Source: Escherichia phage KKP 3954
Reading direction: 5' to 3' (one strand)
DNA length: 64,000 bases
Sequence record: OR067838.1
The position numbers and the translations under genes are program-made. Shown here piece after piece: positions 1-8,291 of this stretch (position 1 is the first letter of the stretch; each line of letters begins with the position of its first letter). The notes under the pieces are model-generated. The model was not told where the DNA came from, did not search any database, and saw only the letters and a list, made by a program, of their open reading frames with translations.

Positions 1-269
1 CAGACGAACAATCAGACCCTTTGGTATATAATCTATACGGGCAATACCGTTACGGATACAATGCTAAAGGTCGTCAGTTGGACTATGATGCACTTTACGA
101 TGCACTAATAGCTATGGCTAATGATTTGCTTCTCCGTGACCAAAAATGTAAGATCGGCTTACCTATGATTGGCGCTGGACATGCTGGAGGTAATTGGGCT
201 ATCATCCAAGTGATGATTGAAGAAACTTTAGTAAAAACAGGTCACGATGTGACTATTTATAAACTTTAA
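1..269 (+). CDS. hypothetical protein, 3' portion (frame open to window edge; first in-window start is TTG at 21)
   Basis: ORF track; frame has no stop back to position 3, so the gene probably starts upstream of the window; RBS-containing next gene follows. Confidence 0.35.
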   Translation, partial: DEQSDPLVYNLYGQYRYGYNAKGRQLDYDALYDALIAMANDLLLRDQKCKIGLPMIGAGHAGGNWAIIQVMIEETLVKTGHDVTIYKL

Positions 270-281
270 GAGGAGATTAGT

Positions 282-503
282 ATGGGTGTTTTTGCAGGTA
301 TTGTTGCAGTGGTAAGCTTTTTTGTTATTGCTTTTATGCTTAGTTTGATTCCAGCTTGGTTATTGTTGCTGGCTTACAACTATGTTGCTGAAGTTATGGG
401 TCATGCAGATATCACTGTCCCAGTAACCTTCTGGACCGTGGTTTGTGTTTCGTTTATTCTGGCTGTATTACGAGGAATCTTTTCCTCTCATTCAACAAAA
501 TAA
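282..503 (+). CDS. small hydrophobic membrane protein (2-3 predicted TM helices)
   Basis: ORF track; GAGGAG RBS 8 nt upstream of ATG; strongly hydrophobic sequence. Confidence 0.45.
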   Translation: MGVFAGIVAVVSFFVIAFMLSLIPAWLLLLAYNYVAEVMGHADITVPVTFWTVVCVSFILAVLRGIFSSHSTK

Positions 504-506
504 GTG

Positions 507-534
507 TTGACATAGTTCTTAAAAAGAGTAAGAT
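507..534 (+). promoter_or_regulatory. sigma70-like promoter (TTGACA -35, 16-nt spacer, TAAGAT -10) upstream of TerC gene
   Basis: TTGACA at 507-512 and TAAGAT at 529-534 read directly from sequence. Confidence 0.45.
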
Positions 535-584
535 ATATCACATGAAGCGGGGAATAGTTCCCCGCAAAGAGAAAGGAGAAAATA

Positions 585-1559
585 ATGCAACTTGGTTTCC
601 CAATCATTGATGTAGTTGTTTTAGTTGGTATTTTAGCATTGTCTATTGGTATCGATTTCTTTGGTCATAAAGAGAATAAAGAAATTGGAATTAAATCTGC
701 TTTGCTTTGGTCTGTTTTTTGGATTGCTTTAGCTTTAGGATATTACGCATTCATTTGGGTAGAACATGGTAAAGAGTTTGCCGCGCTTTTCCTAAGTGGC
801 TATGTGTTGGAAAAGAGTCTTTCTGTAGATAACCTAATGGTGTTCATGGCAATTTTTGCAAGCTTTGGAATTAAGAGCACACATCTCCAACATAAGATTT
901 TACTTTGGGGGATTGCAGGAGCCATTGTCTTCCGAGGTATTTTTGTTGCAGCAGGCACCGCTTTGTTTAACCTTCATTGGTCGGTCCAAGTGTTGTTCGG
1001 TTTGATTGTAGCTTGGTCTGCCGTGGCTATCATCAAAGGTGGTGATGAAGAAGAGGATATCGATTACTCTAAACATTGGGCTGTTCGTTTAGTAGGTAAA
1101 GTTCTGCCTGTGCACAATGCACTGGATGGTGAAAAGTTCATCACCATTAAGAATGGTATTAAATATGCAACTCCTGCTCTTCTTTGTGTGTTTGTTATTG
1201 AGCTTACAGATATTGTCTTCTCTTTTGATTCAGTTCCGGCTGTGATCGGTGTGACACAAGAACCTGTGCTAGTTTATTCTGCAATGCTGATGGCTGTTCT
1301 TGGTTTACGTGCACTTTTCTTTGTGTTAAGTGTAGCTGTGAAATATCTGGTTCACTTAGAGAAAGCTGTTGCTGTGGTTCTGGTGTTTGTTGGTGCTAAA
1401 CTTATGTATCACCCGTTCGGTGAAACACTTCATGCCAAGTGGTCATTCCTCCCGCATGATATTTCCCCTAACGTAAGTCTGATGATTGTTCTAGGCACAT
1501 TAGCTCTTGGTGTTATTGCAAGCTTTATCTTCCCTGAAAAAGAAGAAGCTGCTGTTTAA
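585..1559 (+). CDS. terC: TerC family integral membrane protein
   Basis: Multi-TM protein with the two TerC signature segments LEKSLSVDNLMVF and ELTDIVFSFDSVPAVIGVT; RBS AAAGGAG upstream. Confidence 0.8.
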   Translation: MQLGFPIIDVVVLVGILALSIGIDFFGHKENKEIGIKSALLWSVFWIALALGYYAFIWVEHGKEFAALFLSGYVLEKSLSVDNLMVFMAIFASFGIKSTHLQHKILLWGIAGAIVFRGIFVAAGTALFNLHWSVQVLFGLIVAWSAVAIIKGGDEEEDIDYSKHWAVRLVGKVLPVHNALDGEKFITIKNGIKYATPALLCVFVIELTDIVFSFDSVPAVIGVTQEPVLVYSAMLMAVLGLRALFFVLSVAVKYLVHLEKAVAVVLVFVGAKLMYHPFGETLHAKWSFLPHDISPNVSLMIVLGTLALGVIASFIFPEKEEAAV

Positions 1560-1566
1560 TAGATGA

Positions 1567-1590
1567 GCCTCCTTCGGGAGGCTATTTTTA
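1567..1590 (+). terminator. rho-independent terminator (GCCTCC-TTCG-GGAGGC then T-tract)
   Basis: Perfect 6-bp GC stem with tetraloop followed by TATTTTTA directly after TerC stop. Confidence 0.6.
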
Positions 1591-1602
1591 TAGGAGAGAC
1601 TT

Positions 1603-1953
1603 ATGAGCAATTTTGATGAAATTCAAAAACTTGTTTGGGATTTACCTGGTGATGTTGATTACGTTTCAGATTATCTTTCAAAAGTTTACCTTGGGGTAAG
1701 CGTTATGATTGTGACCAAAGATCCAATTAACCTTCCTCCTAATGTAGTAGCTTGTTGTGGAAGTGGTTCAGGAGAGGTAGAACCTGTATCTCGTTGGGAA
1801 TTAACCAAGGCTGTTTCAAAACGAAACGGCGAAGTTTTGAATATTGATATCGAACAAATCTGGACTTCTCCAGCCGCCAAGTGGAATGATCCTAATGGTT
1901 GGGATTTGTTCTTCTGGGATAATGAAACTGATGATGAGGTATTTTTAAAATGA
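1603..1953 (+). CDS. hypothetical protein
   Basis: ORF track; RBS GGAGAG upstream of ATG. Confidence 0.5.
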   Translation: MSNFDEIQKLVWDLPGDVDYVSDYLSKVYLGVSVMIVTKDPINLPPNVVACCGSGSGEVEPVSRWELTKAVSKRNGEVLNIDIEQIWTSPAAKWNDPNGWDLFFWDNETDDEVFLK

Positions 1954-2136
1954 AATACTTGTTGGTTGTGTTTGAAAATATTTGTTTTGCAATAGGGTTG
2001 TTTGTTGTAATTTTTGTATTGACAAGCGTAATCAACGGCAGTAAAGTGAGTTTATACCGAGATGGAGAGCAGCTTTATTGCTTCTCTGGAGATTTCAAAC
2101 ACAGATGTATTAATAGTCAAAACGAGGAAAGCAAAT

Positions 2137-2574
2137 ATGAAAAAACTAGCCCTGATTTTAATTGGTTGTATCTTTTTAACAGCTTGCGAGGATGAAACAA
2201 ATCCTACACAATATCAACAACCTCCTCAACAATACGCTCAACAAGGATCTGACGGAGATACAACTATTATCAACAATGGTGGCGGTTCTAGTAGTAGCGG
2301 TGTTGGTGAGTTTGCTACAGGTATGTTGTTAGGACATATGATGAGCGGTGGTAGTAATCGTAGCGGCGGGGATTATAACGATAACAGAACGATTATTAAT
2401 AAACATTATAACACACCTAAACCGAAAACTAATTTTTATGGTAAGCCTAAACAAGAGATAAAAACTTATGAAAAGCCAAGACAAACTTTTAAAACAAATA
2501 GCAGCTATACAACTCGTAAATCTTACAATAGCCCTTTAAGTAAAAAGAGTTCATCTCGTAGCAAGCGACGTTAA
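2137..2574 (+). CDS. putative lipoprotein, Gly/Ser-rich (start at internal ATG of track ORF 2062..2574)
   Basis: MKKLALILIGCIFLTAC signal with lipobox LTAC; GAGGAAA RBS before ATG at 2137. Confidence 0.55.
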   Translation: MKKLALILIGCIFLTACEDETNPTQYQQPPQQYAQQGSDGDTTIINNGGGSSSSGVGEFATGMLLGHMMSGGSNRSGGDYNDNRTIINKHYNTPKPKTNFYGKPKQEIKTYEKPRQTFKTNSSYTTRKSYNSPLSKKSSSRSKRR

Positions 2575-2588
2575 TAAGGAGAAAAATA

Positions 2589-3182
2589 ATGACAATTTCT
2601 ATTCGTACTTCCATCGTAGGTGTTAAAAGGTTGCCTAATGCTTTGCAAATCACACGTGCTTTGAGGGATACGTTCTCTGCTGTGGATGAGCATAAGATGC
2701 TTGATAATCTGTCAAATTGGCCCTATTTTCATTATTTTAAAAATGAAGACGACGAGTTTATAGATGCTGTTTCTTATGGTTATGATTTCGGTAAGGAGGT
2801 TTCTCCTGAAGAATTTGTAGCTACGGTATTCCCAAATGGTTTCCCTACTCGCAGTAAACGTAAAAAAGGACCAAAAAACAAGAAACGTGCTACTAATAAA
2901 GCTACCATTTTCTTTACTGATGGGACACAGTATACGATTAAAGATTTTGAAGAAGTATCTTATACAGCAGGTGGGAATCTTTCTTTCTACACCATCAAAA
3001 AACAAAACTCTACGTTCAGCCATGTTTCTAACATGATTGAAATGTTAGTAGAAGATATTGAAAGCGTGGCTGTGTTAGGTATGCATAAAAGCTTTTTAAT
3101 TACAAATATTTCAGATTTCAGTGCACGTTTATCTGGCCCTGATTTTGAAGCCACGACCACGCATTTCACTTTTAAGGTGTAA
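2589..3182 (+). CDS. hypothetical protein
   Basis: ORF track; AGGAGAAA RBS upstream. Confidence 0.5.
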   Translation: MTISIRTSIVGVKRLPNALQITRALRDTFSAVDEHKMLDNLSNWPYFHYFKNEDDEFIDAVSYGYDFGKEVSPEEFVATVFPNGFPTRSKRKKGPKNKKRATNKATIFFTDGTQYTIKDFEEVSYTAGGNLSFYTIKKQNSTFSHVSNMIEMLVEDIESVAVLGMHKSFLITNISDFSARLSGPDFEATTTHFTFKV

Positions 3183-3185
3183 GTT

Positions 3186-3776
3186 ATGTATACCGAGAGA
3201 GACTTGCAACTCTTGTGGTGGGAAGTGATGCAGGAAATAAAAGAAGATTTTCCTGTTTACTACAACATGTTACGTGAAGCAGGATATAAAGCTTGTGTTA
3301 GAAACAAAGTGAATAACTCTTTCGGTTGGTGCAACTACCGAGATAAAATTGTTGTTGTAAATTGGCACTTGCATAAGAACTCTACAAGAGATATGATCGT
3401 GGATACAATGAAGCACGAAATTGCTCATGCTATTGATGGTTGTATGGGTAAGTTTAGTCGGCACGGTGCTCATTGGCAAAAACTGGCAGCAGAATTAGGG
3501 GCTAATCCTAAAGCCACTTCCAAAGAGCCGTTGAACCACGAATATAAATATGTTCTTGTTCTGGTAGATAGGTTTGCGACAAGATGTGTTAGAGGTTATA
3601 ATCGTAAACCTAATCGCATGTACCCAGGTAAGCAACCTAATATGTGGTTGAAATCAGATAAAGAAGGGACCGAAGGAAAATTATGGTTGTATAAATGGGA
3701 CGATTGGGTTAAAGTAGCTAAAGAATACGGTGTTTCACCATATATAAGAGATGCAGAAGAGGAGAATGAAGAATGA
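3186..3776 (+). CDS. SprT-like zinc metalloprotease domain protein
   Basis: HEIAH zinc-binding motif followed by HGAHW, as in SprT-like domains; translationally coupled (ATGA overlap) with next gene. Confidence 0.55.
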   Translation: MYTERDLQLLWWEVMQEIKEDFPVYYNMLREAGYKACVRNKVNNSFGWCNYRDKIVVVNWHLHKNSTRDMIVDTMKHEIAHAIDGCMGKFSRHGAHWQKLAAELGANPKATSKEPLNHEYKYVLVLVDRFATRCVRGYNRKPNRMYPGKQPNMWLKSDKEGTEGKLWLYKWDDWVKVAKEYGVSPYIRDAEEENEE

Positions 3777-4885
3777 CAAGTCCATTTTTAAAAGCAGCTA
3801 CTGGTGGTCAGAAGAAGCCTGAAATGAGCGTATTTGCTGCAACAACAGATGCAAGTAAATCTGTATTCGCTCCAAGCGTGTTAGATGCCAGTCCTGTTTA
3901 TGCACCAGCGGCACCGCAAGAAGTTCCAGTTTTGCCTTCTATGACCCGACAAGAGATCGAAGAGATTGGGGCAGAGGCAGGAACAACCTTGCGTTCCTTG
4001 AATGCCGAGGTATTAAAACATCAACGTAGTAATCAAGGAGATCAGATGAGTGAACGACTCACAGCTTTGATTAAACAGGCAAAACAACTTGATCCAAACT
4101 CTATTAAACAAAGCAAAGGTATTACTAAACTCATTAAAAAAGTTATGGGTATGAAAGAAGACCTGTTTGGGGAGTTTGATAATGTTAATAACCGTATTGA
4201 AGAGTTGGTAAAGAACCTTCAAATGGATATTCGCAAAGAAGAAGATTCCTTGGTATATCTTGAAAAGCTACATCAAGCTATTGGACAATATGCCGCAAGT
4301 TTGAACCGAGATATGCAGCTTCTAACAGCAACCTACGAAAAAGAAGAACAAGCTTTGGCTGCTCTTCCAGAAGATGCGGTAGAACAGCGACAAGTGATCC
4401 GAGATACTTTGGATCTTCTGGAGATTCGTATTGCGGATTTAAAAGCATTGCGCCTACTGTGTGTCCAAATGGGACCACGTGTGCAAGGTATGCAAAAAGT
4501 TTCTGCAAGCTTAATGCGATCTGCGCGTAACATAGTAAATAATGTTATTCCTGCTTACTCTGCTAACTTCTCAATGTATATTGAGAGCTTGCGTCAAATG
4601 AAAGCCGCAGAGACGCAGAATAACGTTCTTGATGAATTTAACCTGGCAATTAAACTGGGTAGCGATCTTGCCACACAGAATCAGATCGAAGCAGCAGCAC
4701 TGGCTAACCGTCAAGTGTTGGATATTGAAACTCTGCGTCACGATCAGGAAAACTTGGTTAAGATGTTGGAAGAAACTAACCGCATCAATACGGAAGCCCG
4801 TGCTGCTCGTGTTGATTATATTAATGAAGTTCAATCTCTGGAAGACGGGATGGTAGCTGCTGTGAAACGAGGGCTTGGTAAATGA
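3773..4885 (+). CDS. telA: TelA-like (toxic anion resistance family) protein, alpha-helical/coiled-coil
   Basis: About 370 aa, helical, Q/E/L-rich; size, composition and Ter-gene context fit the TelA/KlaB family; family assignment from memory, not searched. Confidence 0.5.
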   Translation: MTSPFLKAATGGQKKPEMSVFAATTDASKSVFAPSVLDASPVYAPAAPQEVPVLPSMTRQEIEEIGAEAGTTLRSLNAEVLKHQRSNQGDQMSERLTALIKQAKQLDPNSIKQSKGITKLIKKVMGMKEDLFGEFDNVNNRIEELVKNLQMDIRKEEDSLVYLEKLHQAIGQYAASLNRDMQLLTATYEKEEQALAALPEDAVEQRQVIRDTLDLLEIRIADLKALRLLCVQMGPRVQGMQKVSASLMRSARNIVNNVIPAYSANFSMYIESLRQMKAAETQNNVLDEFNLAIKLGSDLATQNQIEAAALANRQVLDIETLRHDQENLVKMLEETNRINTEARAARVDYINEVQSLEDGMVAAVKRGLGK

Positions 4886-5077
4886 GAATCCGTATCTATA
4901 TAATTGATGAAGACATTGGTGTCCGTTATGATGACGAAAAACGATTCGCACCGATGGGAGGCATATACCCCCAAGTGTTCTAGCAGTTTGTCGTGATTGT
5001 TATATTTATGAAGGTTGTCGTAACTTCCGTAAATTCGAACTCCTTGCAGATATTGACTTCAATGAGGAGGAGGAGTA

Positions 5078-5251
5078 ATGAAAATATTACGAGTGAATAT
5101 TGAAACTGCTTGGTGTGGATGTAATGAGGTTGTGGATATCGAAATTGAAGATGATATGTCTCAAGAGGATATAGAAGATCTTGCGCACGAAACCTTTCAG
5201 GACTATTGTAATTACGGGTTCCATATTTTAGAGGAGGAAGAGGATGTTTAA
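5078..5251 (+). CDS. small acidic protein (57 aa; below ORF-track length cutoff)
   Basis: ATG at 5078 preceded by GAGGAGGAGGAG RBS; ends at TAA 5249-5251, 4-nt overlap with next gene start. Confidence 0.4.
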   Translation: MKILRVNIETAWCGCNEVVDIEIEDDMSQEDIEDLAHETFQDYCNYGFHILEEEEDV

Positions 5252-5447
5252 CTACGATAACGATCCTAATATTATCCAGTTAACCCGACAAGAACTGATC
5301 ACAATCATTGAAGATGCTTTTATTGATGGCTGGAATACACAAGATAATGACTGGGGTGGACCTGAAGCTTTTCTAGAACATCATAAAGCGTATGGAGAAT
5401 TTTGCGAAACCACTGTAGCTCTTGATAATCTGAAGGAGGGTTTGTAA
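5244..5447 (+). CDS. small acidic hypothetical protein
   Basis: ORF track; GAGGAGGAAGAGG RBS upstream. Confidence 0.45.
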   Translation: MFNYDNDPNIIQLTRQELITIIEDAFIDGWNTQDNDWGGPEAFLEHHKAYGEFCETTVALDNLKEGL

Positions 5448-6010
5448 TGGGTTGTTTTAGTTTTTTGTGTAAGGAATCGGGCAAAGCTGCCCTTTCTACT
5501 TCTTTCGACGGATCACCTTGCTATCTCTTTCTTTTGAAGGATGGTGTTGTTATTGAAGAGATGTATGGCAACTATGATAGTTATGGTTGTGTTTTCTCTG
5601 GAAAGGAGGATGAAAATGGCGTTCGTGAGCGGTTCGAATGGGCTATGGATTGGGGTAAGGTTTGTGATTTAATGCATTCCTCGAATCCAAGGGACGGTAT
5701 CGCTATGGTGCTGGAAGAGTATTTTACAGGCGAGATCCCTACAGAACAATCTGACGGAGATCCTAATCAAGGTTGGGGTGATGGGGAAGAAGATCCAGAT
5801 TGTTTTTTCAGCACAGAAAAGAATAAGTTTAAACGTGTTGACAACCCTTATCACAAAGTGCATAATACTCTCATTGAAACAGAAGATAACAAGATGGAAA
5901 TTGAAGAAGATGATCCTCTTGTAACACTTCCTATAAGCGAGTTGCAAAAGATCACTAAAGAAGCTTACGATTTGGGCTTCAAAATTGGTAAAGGAGGTAT
6001 ACGTGTTTAG
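5447..6010 (+). CDS. hypothetical protein
   Basis: ORF track; AAGGAGG RBS; coupled to flanking genes. Confidence 0.5.
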   Translation: MGCFSFLCKESGKAALSTSFDGSPCYLFLLKDGVVIEEMYGNYDSYGCVFSGKEDENGVRERFEWAMDWGKVCDLMHSSNPRDGIAMVLEEYFTGEIPTEQSDGDPNQGWGDGEEDPDCFFSTEKNKFKRVDNPYHKVHNTLIETEDNKMEIEEDDPLVTLPISELQKITKEAYDLGFKIGKGGIRV

Positions 6011-6281
6011 ATTCAATATTCAAGAAGAAAAGTGCCAGGATTTACCTATTGCTTTCGAAGATCTTGGCATAGGGGCCACATTCATGTATTATGATGCCTA
6101 TGAAGACGCAGGGTTGGATACCTACCGTAACTTGGTGTTCATTAAAAATTCCACAAACAGTGCGATCTGTATTAATGGATCACTAGCACAACGAGGCTAT
6201 ACTCATTGCATCCCACCAGATACAAATATGGTGGAAGTAGATTTAGAAGTTACCAATATTACACTTAAGAAGGAGAAATAA
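6003..6281 (+). CDS. hypothetical protein, paralog of 7305..7574 (GTG start after AAGGAGG)
   Basis: GTG at 6003 five nt after AAGGAGG; C-terminus VEVDLEVTNITLKK matches LEVELTVTGITLK of 7305..7574. Confidence 0.5.
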   Translation: MFRFNIQEEKCQDLPIAFEDLGIGATFMYYDAYEDAGLDTYRNLVFIKNSTNSAICINGSLAQRGYTHCIPPDTNMVEVDLEVTNITLKKEK

Positions 6282-6282
6282 T

Positions 6283-7079
6283 ATGTCCGAGAAAATCAGC
6301 CTGAAAAAACGTCAAGAAAACCTTGCTTTCTCTCTGAAAAAGAATAAGAACCTGAACGAAGGTAAGATTGTTCTTCGTGTAGCATGTGCTCTAGATATTT
6401 CTGGTAGTATGCATGGTCTATATACTCGTGGGGTAGTGAGTGATTTTGTAGGTAAACTGCTTCCTTTTGGTATGCTGTTCGACGATAATGAACAAATTGA
6501 CATGTGGGCCTTCAATACGAGTTCTCAAGAGCTTACTCCAGCAACAGCAGACGTTTACGATGACTACGTTGGTAAATGTATGCGTAATGTTCGTATCGGA
6601 GGTGGAACAAATTACGCCCCTGTAATGGCAGATATCTACGATGAGTATTTTGGCACTGTTACCAAATATGTTACCACTAAACAAGTGGTATACAAGAGGA
6701 GGCTCCAAAGAAAGGCTTCTTTAATCGTCTGCTTGGTAAAACTGAAACAGTATCGGTAGAGCGTGAAAAAGTTGTAGCTGTATCTGAACCAGGTGCTGAT
6801 GTTACTCCTGGCGTTGTATTCTTCCAGACAGACGGTGAGAATGGTGATCCTAGTGCTGTTCGTCGTCTTATTGAAGAGAATAAGAATAAGCCTATCTATT
6901 GGTTCATGGTTGGCGTTGGTAATGAGAAGTTCAGCTTCCTGAAAGAACTGGCAAATGCTTATGACAATGTTGGTTTTATTGGCATTAAAGATTTAGACTT
7001 GACAGATTCAGAGCTTTATGACAAACTCTTATCTGAAGAGTTCGGAGAGTGGGTTGTTAAAGTAGGTGCTAAAAAATGA
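6283..7079 (+). CDS. vWA domain protein with TerD-like N-terminal motif; reading frame broken near 6690-6710 (track ORF 6283..6759 continues in another frame to 7079)
   Basis: MIDAS motif DISGSM and GGGTNYAP in first frame; the vWA TDG segment (VVFFQTDGENGD) lies in the downstream frame, which has no start codon of its own until about 6907. Confidence 0.55.
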
Positions 7080-7324
7080 TCGACGAGCTTGCCTCTCAAG
7101 TCGTAGAAAATTATTGGCGCGAGAGAGAAGCTTTCATTATGCGCAGTCTCAAAGAATATTTCATTGGGACTGTGAGGATGGAAGATATTGTAAGTAGAGT
7201 AGAGATTCATGTATGGCCTGATTATGAAGAATGGGTTGACAAAGAAAATGAAAATGCTATAATTCTTCGTATATACAAACCGGAGATAACATTAGGAGGA
7301 AGAAGTGTTAAACTTCGAAATTGA
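7076..7324 (+). CDS. hypothetical protein
   Basis: ORF track; ATG overlaps preceding stop. Confidence 0.45.
   Translation: MIDELASQVVENYWREREAFIMRSLKEYFIGTVRMEDIVSRVEIHVWPDYEEWVDKENENAIILRIYKPEITLGGRSVKLRN
7236..7263 (+). promoter_or_regulatory. near-consensus sigma70 promoter (TTGACA, 16-nt spacer, TATAAT) inside 7076..7324, upstream of TerD cassette
   Basis: TTGACA 7236-7241 and TATAAT 7258-7263 read directly. Confidence 0.5.
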
Positions 7325-7574
7325 TGAGCAAAAAGTAAATAAACGATGCCTTACCATTAAAGATTTGGATGTAGGAGATACTTTCGTCTATGAAAATGCA
7401 TTTGACGAAAATGGTTTAGACCTTAGTGAAGTAATTGTTTATTTAAAAGTAGATGATGGGGAAAATGATTATTCTGCTGTAGAACTAAACCATCATGCAC
7501 AATTAGTAGCAATCCAAAACACATCTAAGCTTTTGGAAGTAGAATTGACTGTAACTGGTATTACACTTAAATAA
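7305..7574 (+). CDS. hypothetical protein, paralog of 6003..6281
   Basis: GTG start after AGGAGGA; shared C-terminal motif with 6003..6281. Confidence 0.5.
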   Translation: MLNFEIDEQKVNKRCLTIKDLDVGDTFVYENAFDENGLDLSEVIVYLKVDDGENDYSAVELNHHAQLVAIQNTSKLLEVELTVTGITLK

Positions 7575-7589
7575 TAGAGGAGACAAAAG

Positions 7590-8192
7590 ATGACTGATAA
7601 AATTTCCCTGAAAAAAGGCTCTAGCGAAAAAATTTCCCTGAAGAAAGTTGCTCCGGCTCTGAAAGAACTGCGCCTGGAATTCTCTTGGAAATCTGATTCT
7701 AAACTGGATCTGGATGTAAGTGCACTGGTTTGTCGTCATAATGCCGCTGGCAATCCTGAAATGCTGTCTGCACGTCATCTGGTTTGCTATGCTAACAAGT
7801 TTGATCCTGAACGTTCTACCTTCGCTGGTGACGATGTTCGTGATGGAACTGGCAGCATGGAGCAGATTGATATTACTCTGGCTAAAATCTCTCCTGATGC
7901 ACAAGAGATTGCCTTTGTTCTGACCATTGATGATGATACAGGTCTGAAACGTTTTGGTCATGCTTCTGAAGGTATGCTTAAAATCTTCGACTCCGAGCGC
8001 AATGTGGAAATTCTGGATTTTGACTTCCTGGCTCCTGAAGTAGCTGGCAACACAATCTGCCACGTGGCTTCCTTGGTTCGTGAAGATGGGGAATGGAAAC
8101 TGAAAGCATATGGTGTAGGTAAAGCTGGTCTGGATATTTGCGATGTGGTGATGGCCTTCGGTGGTAAAAAAGAATGGTATGAATGTCCATAA
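7590..8192 (+). CDS. terD: TerD family protein
   Basis: Aligns by eye along its length to E. coli TerD: duplicated ISLKK N-terminus, GDDVRDGTGSMEQIDITL matching the GDNRTGEGDGDDE calcium-binding region, GEWKLKAYGVGKAGL near C-terminus. Confidence 0.85.
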   Translation: MTDKISLKKGSSEKISLKKVAPALKELRLEFSWKSDSKLDLDVSALVCRHNAAGNPEMLSARHLVCYANKFDPERSTFAGDDVRDGTGSMEQIDITLAKISPDAQEIAFVLTIDDDTGLKRFGHASEGMLKIFDSERNVEILDFDFLAPEVAGNTICHVASLVREDGEWKLKAYGVGKAGLDICDVVMAFGGKKEWYECP

Positions 8193-8210
8193 TAATTAAC
8201 AAATGATTTT

Positions 8211-8234
8211 GAGGGGGAGAAATCCCCCTCTTGC
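8211..8234 (+). terminator. GC-rich hairpin (GAGGGGGA-GAAA-TCCCCCTC) after TerD
   Basis: 8-bp perfect stem read directly; weak T-tract. Confidence 0.5.
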
Positions 8235-8259
8235 AATAAAGCCTCTATCGTGTTATACT
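8231..8259 (+). promoter_or_regulatory. sigma70-like promoter (TTGCAA, 17-nt spacer, TATACT)
   Basis: Hexamers read directly; intergenic, upstream of 8292 gene. Confidence 0.5.
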
Positions 8260-8291
8260 AGAAGTTCGTTAACTTAAAAAGGAGGCAAAAT

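Noticed and set aside
536-584. Possible yybP-ykoY (Mn2+) riboswitch in the TerC leader, since TerC-family genes are often controlled by it
   Set aside because: The leader is only about 50 nt after the promoter and contains just one short hairpin (GCGGGGA...TCCCCGC at 547-565); too short for the riboswitch aptamer.
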